A DNA stretch of 63,000 nt, the filler included, from Sphacelaria rigidula (lineage: Eukaryota): NCBI GenBank assembly GCA_964200075.2. It is 8 parts of 8 records of this genome, joined end to end, with 100 filler letters (N's around TTAATTAATTAA, not from the genome) between each part and the next. Parts side by side here need not be neighbours in the genome. Positions count along the whole stretch, not along the records: positions 47,327 to 55,113 come from CAXNAA020013461.1; positions 55,214 to 63,000 come from CAXNAA020013462.1; 6 more parts are not named here. The stretch is one strand, 5' to 3'. This document shows positions 48,766 to 62,674 of this stretch, piece by piece (within the stretch, counting starts at the first letter, position 1; each line of letters opens with the position of its first letter). The notes beneath the pieces were generated by a model. That model did not search any database. It saw only the letters and a list, made by a program, of their open reading frames with translations, and was not told the DNA's origin. The translations under genes and the position numbers were made by a program.

Positions 48766-49689
48766 ACAGCAGACAGGCTGTCAATGGGCTTCATCAAAAC
48801 AGCACAAGAACCACAGCCCCCCGTCCCTCGCATCTACCCCAGTGCGACCACGACAAGAATCGCCATAGAAAAAATGAAGGGATTCGTTTTTTCAACTACT
48901 GTACGAGCTGGGCCGGCCAAGAGTGATTTTTTCACTAGGAGTGGAGGTGCTTATGGCAATTCGAAGAGTTACACGCTGAAATGTTGGCACGACATTTTCA
49001 TCATCAATCTGCGCAACCCTGTGAGGGTGCAGAGGAGACACAAAAAAAGAAGAAGTTAGAGCGAGTTGAAGTTTCAGCAAAAACAGGAAAATTGCTATAA
49101 CTTCCTAAAAAAATGATGAAAACGATGACAACGCTGCGGCACATACGGGCACTCGCGTCAACCACATCCTTGTAAATTTTCAGCCGAAAATACGTAAAAT
49201 TGGGCTTCGCGTCGCACTTTTTGTGTGACCCCGATGATCAAAGCGATACAACAGCCTCAAATGGCACAGGTCACCAGTTCGAATCCCGACACGACAATTT
49301 TTTTTTTGTGTGCACACTAATCGTGCATACTCTCTCGTACCTCTGGGTTGCAAAGGGCCTCGATGTTTTGGTGATTGTCTTGCTTTTGGGGGGGGTATAG
49401 CCCAGCTTCAAGTAGTACTTCTCCCTCGTGCGGTGATATGCGACAGTTGGCTCGGAAGTTCTCACCCATTATGGAGCTTATGACGAGCTTGATGCCATCT
49501 TGCAGCACGACCAGTGTGCTCTTGCCTGGGCATGTCAGGTGTGCGTGTGCTCATGCGGCGCAACGGTCTATCGTAATTCCACCGCATTTTGAAAAACGAA
49601 ACGTCTCCAGACACGCTATCGCACAAAGATTCCAAGATCGACGCACACGAGAGTAACGCCGGGCGAGCCGAAGGATTCCAAGGTCGATG

Positions 49690-52600
49690 CAGACCGGGAA
49701 ATGAGCGAGAAAATTGTGAAACATTCTACAGTGGACACCTCGCCCAGTGGTTCCTCAAGCGCACCGTCCTCCCCGCCGACTTCCATGGGTGAGGGGGGTG
49801 AGGGAGCACCGCAGATCCCCGTCAGTACTGGAGGGGGCGAAGTGACTTCACTGTCCCCGCGAGGGGGGGGAGAAGGCAGGGTGATTCCGCAGATCCTCGT
49901 TCCAGGTTGAGTCAACGGAGAAGGTGAGGGAGAGCAAAAAATATCATCATGTACGTCGACGCCGACATTAATACCGACGTCAACACCAGCGTCGACGCCA
50001 ACATCAACATCAACATCAACGCCGACACCGACACCAGCGCCGACACCGACATCAACGCCGACACCAGCGCCGACACCGACATCAGCGCCGACACCCATAT
50101 TGGCATCGTATACTCCCTCGTCGCCTGCGGTGTCGCCCTTTTACACGGGTCCCTCGCAAGACAGCGGTGGGGGCGGCGACGCTCCTCAACTCCCGAGGAC
50201 CGAACGGCGCCGTCTCGCGTGGGCCGACGAATTGCCGACACCAAGGGCGGGGTGTACTACGAGCCAAACGCGCGAAGCCATGAGGTCGGCGTACACATAT
50301 GGCGAGACGCTGGTGGCTAACGGAGCGGGGAAGAGCAGAAAGGAAGCGGAGATGGCGCTAGCGGGGGTGGCCGAGTACAAATCCTCAACCGTGAAGATGA
50401 TCACCCCGGCAGCAGGACAGGTGGCAGGGCAAGATGTAGCTGTCTGGATCCAGAACGAGTTGGCCGACAACGAGTTATTTGTTTTTGTTGCTAAGGAGAA
50501 CAGAGTAGGGTGGCCTGAATGCGGTTTGCGTTCACCGGTTGGCCTACATGTAAGCGAAGTACAGGCAGCACCCACCAGTATGGATGACAGGAAAATCAGA
50601 ATTCCGAAAGGCATGGTTTGGCGCGATGCAGGCCGAACTGGGAGGTCATGAAAGCGCTGGAACATTTTCGATTGGCCCCGTACCGGAAGGAGTAAAAGAA
50701 ATTTCAGCGAAGTGGGTCTTTGATTGGAAAACTGACGCAGATGGTATATTAACGAAAGCAAAGGCTAGGTTGGTAAGGGGATTCGGACAACGTTTCGCGG
50801 TCGACTATTTCGAGACTTTCGCGGCAACGCCCTTCATGGTCTCCATTAAACTGGTCATTGCAGTGGCAGTTCAGGAAGAGTGGCCGTTGTACCATTTCGA
50901 CGTAACGCAGGCTTTTGTTCAACCGAGGATGGACACTGACGTATACATGAGGCTACCTGAAGGGTGCTACGGTTTGACAGACATGGCCGTTGAGCTCGAA
51001 AAATCTATTTACGGGATCAAGCAAGCAGGCAGGCAGGCAGTGGCCACGTCTTTTGTGCCAAACTTTATTGGAGGATGTCGGGATGATGCAGTATGAGGCT
51101 GACCGTTTTGCTTTCAAGATGGAGGATGTAGGAGACGTGCGTGTAATTTTAGTCGTCCATGTGGATGACATTTTGATCAGTGGTGCTGAGAAAAATGTGC
51201 GAATGGTGGGCAAAATTCTGAACAGGTTCCCCACGAACATTCTCGGAGAGGTCACATGGTACATGGGGTGTGCGGTGGATAGAGATTGGGATACAGGCAC
51301 GCTGTCGGTGACGCATACTACGTTCACGGACACGCTCCTGAAGCGTTTCGAGGTGAGGGGATACTCGTAAATCCCTGCCTCTGTTTCTGTGAAGTTGGGG
51401 CCGACAACGGGCGAAGACACAGTGTTGAATCGTCCATGCCGTAACGCAGTGGGGGGGCTGATGCGGCTGGCAACAGTCACTAGACCAGACGTAGCGAATA
51501 CAGTACGAGCCCTCGCTCGCCAGTCACATGACCCGTGCGATAGGCACTGGGAAGCAGTAGTAAAGGTGCTGAAGTATCTCAATGGGACGAAGGAATTTGA
51601 ATTTACATTCAAGAGAGATCCAGACAGGCTTTCAGGTTACTGTGACGCTGACTACGCTGAGAAGGGAACATATCGGCGTTCAGTCTCGGGAGTGGCTGTG
51701 ATGTATGGTGGTGTGGTAGTGTCGGAAACGAGTCGCACACAATAGTGTGTGACTCTATCAACCACGGAGGCGGAGTATGTCGCAATGGCCGAGGGGGCGA
51801 AGGAGGAATTGTTTGTGAAGACAGTGTTGACGTTTCTGCGACCTCAAACTGTGTCGGCATGTGGGGAGGACCACGGTATTGTTTTGTACGAGGACAACGA
51901 GGGAGCCAAGGCTCTGGCCGAAAATCCCCTCAGTTCTGAAAGGAGTAACCACATTGATGTGAGGTATAACTTCATTCGAGAGCTGGTTGAGACGGGAAGG
52001 GTCAGGGTCGTGCATGTAGATTCAGGACGGCGGCATGCCGATATTGACACAGCCTCATTCGATCAACTTGTTTGCGAGGCGCAGACGGGTTTTGATGAAT
52101 TTCAAAGGTGACAAGTAGACACGTTTTTGTGTGTACCCTTATCTTAGCTTCGGCGATTTTCAGGCCTTTGTGACGCATTTATGCGCATATTAGGTTAAGC
52201 CACCCTCGCTGCGCTTGGAGGGACATGGGTTTCGTAGGGCATTTCCTGACATGACGTGTACCTGCCTTGACCGGTATCCATGGATTATATAAGTGGAGCA
52301 CAAGCAGTTGAGGGAAGGGGGTGTTCGCTCGAATGGTTGAGTTTCCTCCTTTTATTATCAATTTTTCAGAGACAGTCACGATGACTGATGCACGAGTTCA
52401 GAGGGGGTGTTCATGTGAACGGGTGCACTGAGTGACCATGCATATGTGCGGATAGATTTATGCTGGCGCACGGGTACTGGTAGTCAAGTGGTGTGACTGC
52501 CAGTCCATGCTTCGGGCAGCTGCGTTGCCGCCGCTAGCCCACACTCTACATCTGATCCCTCTTCCCAAGGATCGACTCTGTCAAGGCACTCTCCAATAAT
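49690..52600 (+). mobile_element. Degenerate, 5'-truncated Ty1/Copia LTR retrotransposon (linker, RT, RNase H, PPT, 3' LTR from 52408; LTR end approximate)
   Basis: WFGAMQAEL, AKWVFDWK, KAKARLVRGFGQ...DYFETFA, FDVTQAF, KSIYGIKQAG, VHVDDIL, YCDADYA, STTEAEY, EDNEGA, HIDVRY. Purine tract agaggggg followed by TGTT. Several frameshifts and stops. Confidence 0.93.
49955..50100. repeat. (GCCGACACC/ATCAAC)n minisatellite inside the Copia linker
   Basis: Directly visible. Confidence 0.8.
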
Positions 52601-53479
52601 ACAAAAGATGAAACTATCTATAGTTCGCCACGGGCCACGGAATAGCGCAGAAGGCCTACCTCAGTCGCTGGTCCAGTAGTATCATTTTTCGAGACGGGAT
52701 AACATTGGCAGTGTTCGCCTGCTTTATGCTCAGGATTGCTGGTGAGATAATATATGTACAGGGTTTCACCTGTCTCCTATTCGCCGGGGTGGCGTCTGTG
52801 AGAACACCGGAATTACTCGAGTCAATCGACTACAGTAGTTCGGGTACATAGTGGACGAGTTGAGTACAGTCGCACAATACTTACTGAAGCAAACGGGCAT
52901 GAGCGGCCTTGAGTCATTTGACTTCCCCCACACAATACAGGAGGGGCTAGCTGAGTCGAGCCAGCACGACTGGTGCCGAAGAACGGAGAACGAGCGGACT
53001 CAAGTTGTCGCGACCACTTCCAACGGTCCCTCAGACGAAATCAACGACCCAGAGTCCCACGACAAGTTGGTTCCGACATATCCGGCGTGTAGAACACTGA
53101 TATCAATCTGTGATCAGCAAATAACTCACAAACGGGGCATGCCGTGTGCAGAAGGGCAGTGGTACTCCTCCTTCAAGATCAGCTTGAGCTGCTTGGAAAA
53201 GTCGTTGCACGTTGTTGCCCGGAGAAGGCCATTGTAACGTGCACAACCGCTGGTACTAAAGCGAGAGATACATCTGACGCCCGCGGATTTAGGTACACCG
53301 TTGAACAGAAATGAGAATATTGAATAAAACGACAAGGAGATAATATATGCAGGCAGCGCCATGACGGTAATATAACATTTGGCGCGTCTCAGACTTTGTA
53401 GATCTATGATGCGCTGGTGAATGAAAATAGTACCCCCAAAGGAGAGACACCGCTGGAGGACGGCGGCGCGGTGTGGGGA

Positions 53480-53960
53480 ATAATCCTGTGAGCGTATGGC
53501 GCCGGCATGGTCTAGAGGTTTCCGAGCAGGCTCGCTAGGATGGTGGCTAATGCAAATGGCATGGCCTGTCAGGTATTTAGATGGATGATATCTAGGGCCC
53601 GACAACATTCGTCCATGGTCAGTAGTCCGTTTCCCCAGGCTACACACACAAGGAACAGGCCCATGGGGGAGTTTGTCTACCTTGGGCGTGCTCCCAGCCA
53701 AGACGCGGATATTTCCACCGGACTCAATTGCCGCATCAGCGCTACGGGTACATGGGCTCCCCTGCCCGGAGTCATAGCTTTCGACTGTACGACGTACACA
53801 ACCCTCAGCGATCTTCGAAAGTCTGTTGCTCGGAGTAAAAGTACGGGCGTCTACGTGAAATACTGCGTTCAGAAGACTTTCGAGAGTCTGCGCGTGTCTA
53901 CCCGCAAGCTGTGCTGCGGGCATATATATGGCTTCTGCAGGACGATCGGCATTGGAAACA
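53480..53960 (+). mobile_element. Highly degenerate RTE-like LINE RT fragment
   Basis: IL*AYGAGMV*RFPSRLARMV (degenerate YADD region) and EFVYLGRAPSQDADISTGLNCRISA. Confidence 0.6.
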
Positions 53961-54482
53961 ACGATCTTTCGTACGGAGCTATAACTCGTCAACTGCACCC
54001 GTGTCGAAACGAGCATCCGCCAGTCTTGAAGTCTAGTTCACGGAGGCCCTTGTGCCTGACTGGGGATGAGGGTCGGGAGGAGACAGACGCTGTAGCTACG
54101 GCGTTTATTCACCATTGAAGGATATTGTATCATCAACTTCTTTCAGTTTCTTGTCGCTCAGTAGCCTCATTCTTGTTTCTCTCTACAACTCTGTCAGTTG
54201 ACATAGTGCAGAATTGATTGCAGGTCTCAAGATAGCAGCTGTCGCACTGCTCCGTTTCACACGAAAACATGGATAATATACTATAATAGTTTAGTGCAAA
54301 ACGCGTTGCAGGTCCTCTTCAAGTACTCTATTATCTCGCGTGAGTTCTACTGTGACTTCAGCAAACCCCCCGCCACGATACTGTGATGTAAACCGTGGTT
54401 CGTCTATTTGCTCTCGAGCTTAACCCATATCTTGTCAGGGAGGGGGGGGGGATGTCGGCTGTATGAGCGAGTATAAAATATA

Positions 54483-54948
54483 CTTTCTCTGTGCCAAAAA
54501 TAAAGGTCCTTATGGGGGACAGATCATATCTCGCCAATGGAGTTGCCCACAGTGCTATCCAGGTTTGCTGAAAAGCTGTTCATACGGTGATTGATACTCG
54601 TAAAAATAAATCCGAGTCATACTCTTTGATAATTAGTGGGTCGAAGACTGGGAATTTTTGGCGGGATTTTGGGACTTTTTGAAGAATGTTTTTGAGAAGG
54701 TATTGTTTTTCCCCCCGTTTTTTTTCCCCGTCACTTTTTGGCCCCCCGAAAAGGGGCAAAATATGGCCATTTTTGAGGCGACTGTTTTGTTTTCGTCCGT
54801 TCGTGCATGCAGGGGGGTGCATGCAATGAAAAAAGGGGAGTTCAGCTATAAAAACACCGGAGATTAAAAAACAAAAGTCGCTCACGGCATCGGATACCGT
54901 TAAGGGTCTGTGCGATCATGAGGACCTTTACTTATGGCACAGAGGAAG
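54483..54948. mobile_element. Stowaway-like MITE with TA target-site duplication
   Basis: TIRs ctttctctgtgccaaaaataaaggtcct / aggacctttacttatggcacagaggaag with TA on both sides. Confidence 0.85.
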
Positions 54949-56519
54949 TATGTTATTATTATGTTCAGCGTGTGTTCAGCAGATGCGAAAGTCGACTGTG
55001 CGCGCAACATGATCTGCAGGATTGTCTGTACGCAGGACACTTTCTACGATAGCCCCCCCCCAAAAGTGTATGGTTTTGTGAGGAAAAATCTTCACGTAAA
55101 TCGAAATGGGAAANNNNNNNNNNNNNNNNNNNNNNNNNNNNNNNNNNNNNNNNNNNNTTAATTAATTAANNNNNNNNNNNNNNNNNNNNNNNNNNNNNNN
55201 NNNNNNNNNNNNNAAATTAGAAAAAAAAGAGGTTTTTTATGTGGTATAAAACCAAAAACGCGCCGGTGTAAGGGTTTTTTTGGTTATGGTTTGGGGGGGG
55301 GGGGGGGGGGGGGGGGGGGAAGGGGTATCGCGGCATCACAAAAAAACCCGTCTCACTACGTGATAAGACCCCTCACAGTGCAGTAGCTCGCTCGAGTCAA
55401 ACTCACGTACTTTCCAAATCATTGAGCCGTGGTCGTGATGATTCACGTCAGTCTTGCTCCCATCTTGACGAATCAATCGTACGGATCGAGTCTAATGTTC
55501 TCTAATGAGCCAAACCATTCAAGGGTCGGACAAGTAATGTTTCGCCTGGAAATTACGTGGTTTTAGTATAAGTGACTCGACTCCTACGAATCAATCCCTA
55601 GGCTTCGTTTTCAGCGTTACAACCCAGGTACACGCAGCCCAGACACGTGGAATGGCGCAAAAGTTGTGTGAATACCCCCTGGGCCAGCGGTCAACTTTTT
55701 TTTCCCCCTTTTGGGCAATCAGGCCGAAGAAATCATGTATTTGGTTATTCTTCGTCGTGATGATTCCTCCCAACCGTGAAACCATTCGAGGCGGATGTGT
55801 CTCTATACTTTTCCCGGGTCAACTCGGATGACTCGCGTCAGCTCCTTTCATCCTCCCTCAAATAGTCAATTAGTCAAGAGTCCCTGTTTCGAGATGCTGT
55901 AATGTTGTACTGCACATTCAAATGTACTGTAGTCCCACGACACGAGTCAGATACGAAAATAGCCCGCGCCACATTCCTGAATCAGTCGTGTGGCTCAAGT
56001 CGTCATTGTAAACGCTCAACGGGCTCGACGTGTGAAGCATTGAAGATATATATTTTTTTGTGAAAGGAGCTCCAACGGACGAAACTTTCGTGCTTCTTCC
56101 CCTTTATAGAGAACGAGGGTTAGGTGCGAGAGTAGTGATACGAATCAAGGGTTAAAATCTCTCTTGTGGGAAAGGCGTTGATGAAGTTACGGCGGTAGAG
56201 GTTGTGCGATAAGTAGGGATGCAAAATGTCCTGCACCGAACTATTATGTCTTCATGATTTCGTGCCCCGTCTCCCTTTCCTACCCCCGCTCCCCCGATCC
56301 GCCCCCCAGTATTTCGATGATGATCGGTACGATCCGCACTTTTCAACGGTCAGTGGAGTTCATATCCTCATCCTCCCCCCCGTTGCACATGTGTCCAGAA
56401 AAGAAATGCCAGAATACTCAGGGTCGATCGACTATTATTCCGAAAAAAAGGACGCCTGTTCAAGCGCGACACACACTTGTACTTTCTAGGGCTGCCACAG
56501 CGTGAAACACTGATGGTCC

Positions 56520-57212
56520 TCACCCCCCGTGTGGACGATCAGCGGGGCAGTCTTTGGATTTATCCCTTGTTGCGATCCCCGACACACGATATGCTGTTGC
56601 AATCAATGGAAATACAAGTATCACCTGACGGCCTTCCTCGATGTGTACCCAGCCACTGTTTGGGGTTCTGGGTACCTGCACCTTGGGATCCTGGACTCCG
56701 AAATTGTTCGCCTTTCCCCGGTGCCATGGGGCACCCTTAGGCTCCAAATCTTCGTCGACGGCGGCCGGTTTACCCAACATTCTCTCGTCGCCGTAGGCCT
56801 CCTTCTCTTCGTCGAACGCGGGATTATGTCTGCCGACACCTTGCTCACTACGAGCACCACCTGGATCATATCGTTGCCCCTCACCAACAAAGGGCTCATC
56901 AGAGGGGTGCGGAAATGCAGTGACATTCGATTTTTTGTTGCTCGTTCTTGTGGTGTTGTGCGGCTCATTACTGACGACCGGAGTTGTGCTGCCTTCTGCC
57001 AAACGGGAAAGTCCGCGATCTGAATGAGTGCGTGGCAGCAAGCCTTCTCCCGGATTCACTCCAATCTTGGGATGATATCGAACGGTGGCGTTGTCTCGTG
57101 GTGCGACAGTGGTCGCTGCTGTTGTTGTCGCTGGTGCCGGCGGAGGCGAAAATGTGATCGGGTCCGCAGCTTTGGCCATCATGATCCACGCAAGATCGGA
57201 TGCATAAAACAC
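56520..57212 (-). CDS. Probable exon of an unknown low-complexity or disordered protein
   Basis: A 230-codon open frame ending at a donor-like gg|gtgagg, with a possible upstream exon VPQKGELAEVLWRYRK near 57330-57282. No recognisable domain. Confidence 0.45.
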   Translation of the reverse strand: MFYASDLAWIMMAKAADPITFSPPPAPATTTAATTVAPRDNATVRYHPKIGVNPGEGLLPRTHSDRGLSRLAEGSTTPVVSNEPHNTTRTSNKKSNVTAFPHPSDEPFVGEGQRYDPGGARSEQGVGRHNPAFDEEKEAYGDERMLGKPAAVDEDLEPKGAPWHRGKANNFGVQDPKVQVPRTPNSGWVHIEEGRQVILVFPLIATAYRVSGIATRDKSKDCPADRPHGG

Positions 57213-57779
57213 ACTCGCCCGTTTCGTATATCAGACAAGCACAGTGCAGTCCAGTGGGAAGTGGCGGGAGTAGAATTTCACTTTTCCGATATCTCCACAG
57301 TACTTCTGCGAGTTCACCTTTCTGCGGCACCTGTGAGTACTTGTGTCGAAGCTGCTAGAGTGGTGACCTGCTCATACCAGGCTCCTTGTGCCTTGGACAA
57401 TGCCCCGCGTTTATGCATTTGTTTAGCATTTTGTTTACATCACACTCGCTCAAGCCTCGAGGATGTAATCAAATACTCGTTGGTCACCAGCGGAGTAATC
57501 GGGTCATCTATTAATTAGACCGCGAGGGTAGTCCATCTGTGTCATGTATACTTTTTCCAAGTGAAATCGATATCGATTCAACAGATGGCCCGCTCTTAAT
57601 GTCTGAGGGTTAATAAGGAAACGGCAGGGAAATCTCAGCAGAAGAGTGTGACAGGCATGTAAAACAACAAATGAAAGAAACGAGATTAAGAGTACTCTAT
57701 ATTGGAAGTAGTAGTAGTAGTAGTAGCATCTGATTCAGTCAACCGTATCGTTGACATTTTACAGTAGACAGCGAGTACG

Positions 57780-58065
57780 TGTATGGTGTGTGTTGCCATC
57801 CCATCTATATTTTTCTGGATGCCAGTCTAGACCTTTCTTTCGGCGTATGCATGGGCGCACCAGCCGGGGTCACACAGGAGGAAGGCCAACACAGGAGGAG
57901 TCTCTTCTTTTTCATTTGTTCTAGTACTACCCCACCTTCCTTCTGTGGTGCTTGCCATTTTTTTATCGCGAGAGGGGTGTAGCAGTCCCTTTCCCTCGTC
58001 GATCGTTAAGTTGAATTTTGTGTACCCACGAAAGAGTCGCTCTCCACTGTTTGGCATCATCGTCG
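57780..58065 (-). mobile_element. SINE family 1 body and tail without the tRNA head
   Basis: gggcgcaccagccggggtcacacaggaggaagg...gtacccacg...tcgctctccactgtt. Confidence 0.8.
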
Positions 58066-59124
58066 AAATCACGACCTATCAGATCGGCTTTTTCCTTTTC
58101 ACCGCATATCTTCGATCGAAAAATAATGTGCTTATAAGACACGACCTCAGACGACATGGCCTCAGACGAAGTATGCAAATGTTCGTTAGGCTTCAACGAA
58201 GAAACTGAATGACGTGACTTTTTGTTTCAGTGCCGGGGCGTGGTGAGGCGCTTGGGGGGTGGGGAACAGAGGGTCTCAGAGTAAGTAAGTGTTCAGTGTG
58301 GACGAAACATCGGACGGGACAATAATTTGCGTCGCCGTTTCTTGGTCGGGTTCTCCAAGATGTGCCGCGTATTGCACTCGCGGTGTGCACTGCACAACAA
58401 CTGTAGTCGTGCGCATCCAGCACAAAGTTTCCATAATATGGACGGAGCGTGGTTCGAAGCCCACATAGAAGTTTAGCAAAAAAATATCCTGAGACGATGT
58501 GAGAGGAGTTGAATCACAGGTGGTATTATAGCCAGAGGAACGCCATATTCTCGACCCTTCGACGGCAAGGAGGAAGTCCATCTAGATCACGCATACTTTC
58601 TTCAAGTGAAATTGATGCCATTCAACAGATGACCCATAATTTCGAAACAATTTCCCGTTCATTGCATTGCCCAAGCCGATTGTATGAGCCAGTGATCAAA
58701 ATGTTACCCAGCTCTTACTGAATGAAGGCCAACGTCAAAAGTATTGGTGCCGATTTACTCTCACTCGATTTCATCGGTTACCCCGGGCCCCCGACTATCG
58801 TACGCCCCCACCTTCTCGGGATGATTTCACGTTTGCGCCGTTTCACCCGCCATATTTTTGAAAATGTGGGAACCATTTCCCCACCCGTGATACTGAACAA
58901 GCCCAAGGTCACCGGTCACTAGATATTTGTTCCTCTCACTTTCACCAGTTTTCTGGGGTTCTTGGCCGTTGTGCGCTCTACACTCTCGAAACGATTTCTT
59001 CGTATTTGACTCAATGTTCACGCCGTTTTCAAGAAGAGTTTTCACACGAAATTCCACACACACACACACGTACTCTTGCGACAAGCCCGAGATCTTCGCG
59101 GTGTCCGGTCGTTCGAAGGATGAA

Positions 59125-59475
59125 TGTGTGTAGTGTTGTTGTGTTATCATCCCATTTATTCTGGACGCCACTCTACACCTCTCGGTATATGTGGGCGCAT
59201 CAGCAAGGTCACACAGGAGGAAGGTCGACGCAGGAATTTCTTTTTCTTCATTCTTTTTGTTCTCCACCTCCCTTCTGCGCGGTGCTTGCCTTAATATTTA
59301 TTATCGCGAGAAGGGTTGAGCAGTCCCTTTCCCTCGTCGACCGTGAAGTCGACTTTCGTGTACCCACGACACAGTTGCTCTTCACTGTTGGGCATTGTGT
59401 GACTTCACCGAGATTCGAATCCACAATCCAACAGTCAGAAAGTTTCGAGGTTACCAACTGAGCCACCGGGGCGAT
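59125..59475 (-). mobile_element. Full-length tRNA-derived SINE family 1
   Basis: Head tcgccccggtggctcagttggtaacctcgaaac...ggattcgaatctc, body and CA-rich tail. Confidence 0.85.
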
Positions 59476-60356
59476 CGGCGAAATTACTCGGATAGACGGA
59501 TAAACCGCGTTCTCCGGGTCATTAGCCACCGGGGGTGCACGCGAGGACGCCTCATTCTCGGAACAATTCACGTCTGCTCAATTTCTGACGCCGTTTTCAA
59601 AGTTGAGGCACCAAATAAATGTCGCACGCATATTCCTGAAGGCAAGGCCGAGATCGTCAGTGTTGGTACCCTTTGATTTCCCGCGGTTTCACTCGTTCTT
59701 ACTGAAGGCTCCCTCGAACTGAAAACGACCGCGGGGACCGCAAGAAACCGATGAAATCGAGCTAAACTCCACAGGCACTGGTCAACAACAGTACAGTGGC
59801 GGCCTCGTACTCGCCTTCAGGAACATATTTGCAAGAGAAGGGGTGTCCCAACTCTTCACATCGGCCTGAGAAACAGCTGCCCCGAAAAAAACTGGAATCT
59901 CGTCCCTCGGACCAGCCTGCATGCATAACTCCTCTTAATCGAGTATCTCGATTGCGCCACTCTTACAAACTGTCGAGTGACGCACACCCCCGGAACAAGC
60001 AGCACTACCACCGTAGAACATCTATCGTTTACATTTTTGCACGATACTCTCAACAACAGGAGACACTACGCGAGTATTCCATCGGTATAGTCGACACACA
60101 CTACACATCACAACTACGAGCCGTCGTGCCCAATCCCTGGTACGGCAAGACACGAATCTCCTTGCACCACCACAACATGGTCTCCTTCGCCCTTTGGCAG
60201 CCGAAGTGAACATTATGTTGAGTCCGCACTACTTTCACTTGAAAAATTAACTGGAAGACCCTGATGACCCACCCTCGCGGTCTAAGGGTTAACTCGGGGT
60301 ACCATGGACCAAGGTCTACGCCTCTCCTTTCCGGATAGCCCGGCATACATCTGTTT

Positions 60357-60391
<35 letters not shown>

Positions 60392-60637
60392 CATTACAAG
60401 CCGAAAACGTGTTAGTCTAGGCGTATTCCGCCCACCTGGGACTAATGTAAGCACCGGCAGTTAACGCGTCGACAACACCCTCATCTGAAAATACGTCAGT
60501 GACAGAGAATGAAATACACAACAGCACGACCGAAGGGAACTGGTTTCACATCGATTTCTGGAGCGGGGACGGAACCACCAAACAGTAAAGACAAGGACCC
60601 GTGCATTGCGCGTGGTCAAATACCCACGAGATTGTAC

Positions 60638-61587
60638 CGACAGCTAACGCGTTCAACGGCGCGGCCGCCGAAATTTCTTCTGTACATCGAGGATTCCGAC
60701 CTTAGGACTACAGAGAAAAGTTCTTACACTATACTCTGCTACCACGGTAGCAATAGCCGTCACCTCTCACGTCACATACCATCGTTGTCCACCAAATATA
60801 TCGGAATGAGCAGATCCCCTCCGTACAATCGGCGGTAGCGCTCGTTTGTGCACAGCTGCCACAAGACGAACGCCGTGGATGATACCTCTGCCAGCTGCAG
60901 AACGCGCAAGCCCCGCCCCACGAATCCGCCCGCCAATCTGTTCTGTCTGGAGAAGAGGAGGTAGATTTCGACCCCCTTGTTGAACGAGTATGTCCACATC
61001 GGCATCCCGACCGACGAGAATACGGCGCCTCCTCTGGGGACATACTTTGATCCCAAATTGAGGACAAGGCACAGTATCCAGAACGAACCGCATATCCACC
61101 ATTTCAGCAGCTTGTCGTCATCACTGAATGCTCCCGGCCACACTGGCACAAAAAACACCCAAGCTAGGTTGGGGTATATGTTACTGAGGCCGATCATCGC
61201 AACTAGAGCAACCACCGTGGCGCTTTCAGATTCAAAAGAACCGGTCGATTTTCCCTCGAAGTCATCATCATCGGGCAGTATCAGCGGACTCGCGACGTTG
61301 TGGATCGGATCTTTTACGAGCATGCTCAAAAACGTCCACAATCCAACTCCGCCATTTCGCACGTGTGGGTAGACGTACTCGTAGATGAAGTACAGCCCGA
61401 GCACCTCCGCGAGAAATTCGCCGCTCGCCGTGAAATAGAAGAAAAATTTCTCGAACTCCCGAAAGTCCTTCTGCTGGGAGACGTACACCAGTTCGAAGAT
61501 CGTCTCCGCGAACCCGACCATGCCCAGCACTTGGAGCAGCAGCTGGAACGAGTTGCTAACGCCGCGTGAGCCGCGGTCCACGCCCTC
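60638..61587 (-). CDS. Unknown multi-pass membrane protein: 808-nt internal exon 61587-60780 plus probable exon 60707-60638
   Basis: Acceptor cag|gag and donor g|gtatgt bound 269 open codons with 5-6 hydrophobic segments. The next exon is phase-compatible. Confidence 0.72.
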
Positions 61588-62674
61588 CTGCTTGCGTTGA
61601 CAGTTGGCGAGAGGAACACAGGAAAACCGGGGGTCAAGGGGTGTGTTGGTACGGCCGCAAAAAATGTGTACCGCGGGCCTATCGCGACATTGTTCATTTC
61701 TGGGAACAAATGTCTACGTGACGCCACGAAATATTGAACGTCGCTCTACCGTCTGTATCGATCAAGTGCACGCACACTTGGCACCACTGATGGCACTTAG
61801 CATAAGAAGGTGCTGAATAGGCTACACCATGTGGGACGGGGGCAGGATTCACAGCACAGGCGGCAACGCGCAACGGAAACTACGTGCGACCTGGGCCAGC
61901 CAACACTGGATGGTCTTATCGCTCATGCGACGCACGGCGCGATATTAGGAGTTGGTCGCTGAAATTTTGACAGCAGCTTTTCATTATCGAAATGCAGATA
62001 ATTACGTGAGCAGCTAAGAAAAAAAAAGGACAAAAAAAAGGAAGTTATGGGAATTTGAAATTTCAGCAAAGACAAGATAATGTATCATTCCCTTGGGTGC
62101 AGAAGGTCTTCCTGAAATTTCAGCTCACGAGTCGTCGAATTGGGTCGTGCGTACAGCATTTTGTGTGACGCCGCTGCATCCATATAAACCAAGGGATGAG
62201 AGACTCCAATTATGGAGGTCATGAGTTCGAATCCCGACAGATTCTCTTTATTTTTCGTTCGTCGTTGATGTTATATATTATGCAGTACATTTTTTCATTA
62301 TTTTTCTTCATTCAGCGGCGGTGCCATGTGGTACCAGGTTGGTCTGCACTTCACAGTGATGAGCTTACATCGGGTTCGTTCGGGAAACTAAGAAATCTGT
62401 GGTGTGAGCAACTTTTAGCCGCTTTTAAGATGGCCCAGCTCGTATGACCAAGGTGAGAGCAGCTGTCCAGCGTGCACTTTTTTGCTCTCTGGTTCCGAGT
62501 CGTTCACACGAGAGAAACGAACCCCGGCAGTACGCCGACCTCCAACATTCGTATACTTTCTGTTTCTGTTTCTGAGTCAAGCTGTCGCATACTGCTCGAC
62601 CCTTGAACCCTTGGCTGAGAAGATTCGGGGGATCGTTTCTGTAGGTCCACTTTTTTTTGTCGCACTTGGAAGCC

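Noticed and set aside
47960-54200. Minus-strand host gene surrounding the Copia element (candidate exons near 54113, 53130, 49470 and 47970)
   Set aside because: Donor-like sites exist, but the phases could not be reconciled and no domain was recognised.
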